Source: Batkoa obscura
Lineage: Eukaryota
Assembly (NCBI GenBank): GCA_030770535.1
Contig: JASVEC010000016.1
Coordinates: 310,001-374,000 of the forward strand
Direction: 5' to 3'
DNA length: 64,000 nucleotides
Position 1 is the stretch's first letter. Each line of letters starts with the position of its first letter. The position numbers and the translations under genes are program-made. Shown here one piece after another: positions 63,098 through 64,000 of this stretch. The notes below the pieces were generated by a model. The model saw only the letters and a program-made list of their open reading frames with translations. It was not told where the DNA came from and did no database searches.

Positions 63098-63194
63098 GGG
63101 GATGTATTTTTGTATTTGAGAATTTACTAATAATTTTTCTATTCAAATAGCGCTTAAAAGATGGAAAAAATAATGAAGCCAAAAAAACCTCCCC
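63098..63194 (+). mobile_element. MITE copy 13
   Basis: ATAT-GGGGATGTATTTTTG...AAACCTCCCC-ATAT. Confidence 0.9.
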
Positions 63195-64000
63195 ATATAT
63201 AAGCTAACTGAATATTATAGGTTTTAATCAGTTAAATTTTTAAAATAATGTTTTTAAGATATTTAAAAATTAACAACTTTGAAATTTCATAATAGTTTTG
63301 AAACATTACTGATTAACTTTTTAAATTAGAATTTATTTTTTAATTTAAATAATACAATAACTTTTGATTAAAATGGCATTAACAGACCATTTTAACTAAA
63401 TATACTATAATGTATTTTAATATTAAAGAGCTATAATTGTAATTCTAAAGTTATAGCATGTTAATTAATATTAATCTTTGTAATATAGAAATAATGCTAG
63501 AGAATAACTTTGAACAATCTCTTAAATGGCCGTAATATTTATAAGAAATTTATAAAATAAGCTAAATAAAAAGGGAAATAGTAAAAGTATGATGAAATCT
63601 TAACAAGAATCACATGTGTTTTGTTTCAAGCTGACAATTACCAAATTAATTTAAACCGAGCTTGAAAATAAGGCGTATTGAGAGAAATGGTTACTGGTAT
63701 TCTTAGAAAGCTGTTCATATTAAAAATAAGAACACAATTTCTTTATCGAATAATTGTTTCAACAAATAATATTCATTGATTTCGAAAAATTGCATTTTTA
63801 GCTTAAATAACTTGTTTTTAAATTGATAACCAAAAGGCACTAAATCCTACCTTTGTTTTTTTACTTAATAAACTTAATTTACTTTATTATGGCTCTTACT
63901 AGCAACAAAGTAGTACCTTTAATTAATACAGAAAAGTCCGATATTTCCAATAATATTAGCCTTGAAGCTGCTAAAACTGCTGTTGTTCTTGATTCTGCTT

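Noticed and set aside
9029..63194. CRISPR array or SINE explanation for the ~95-bp repeat
   Set aside because: Dispersed, both orientations, TIRs with a fixed TSD, no regular spacers, no A/B boxes or poly(A) tail.
63470..64000. Gene start at the window end
   Set aside because: Only short codon-like fragments with stops; cannot be supported without downstream sequence.

Overview
Very AT-rich eukaryotic DNA with short GT-AG introns. The gene content points to a fungus, and an early-diverging Entomophthorales/Conidiobolus-like lineage is my inference only. About 16 protein-coding genes are supported: aconitase, a GATA factor, a PZP+PHD+Rua1_C chromatin protein, two tandem CAP proteins, a tetraspanin, NUP42-like, class-3 lipase, a Tyr/Asp-rich secreted protein, GH16 Crh/Utr2, ETR1/MECR, Ecdysoneless, VPS8, PP2A catalytic subunit, CPSF1, NECAP and a double-PH protein. 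There are also six tRNA genes. The most notable accessory content is: (i) two copies, one intact and one disrupted, of a 2.44-kb Sola-like DDD transposon with GGGG/CCCC ends and ATAT target duplications, each with an apparently structured RNA-like element starting at the transposase stop codon; (ii) 13 copies of a ~95-bp MITE built from that family's two ends; (iii) two 463-bp solo LTRs in inverted orientation whose 4-bp TSDs are swapped, recording an inversion of the 449-bp spacer. All exon boundaries, alignments and base-pairings were read by eye and no searches were run.
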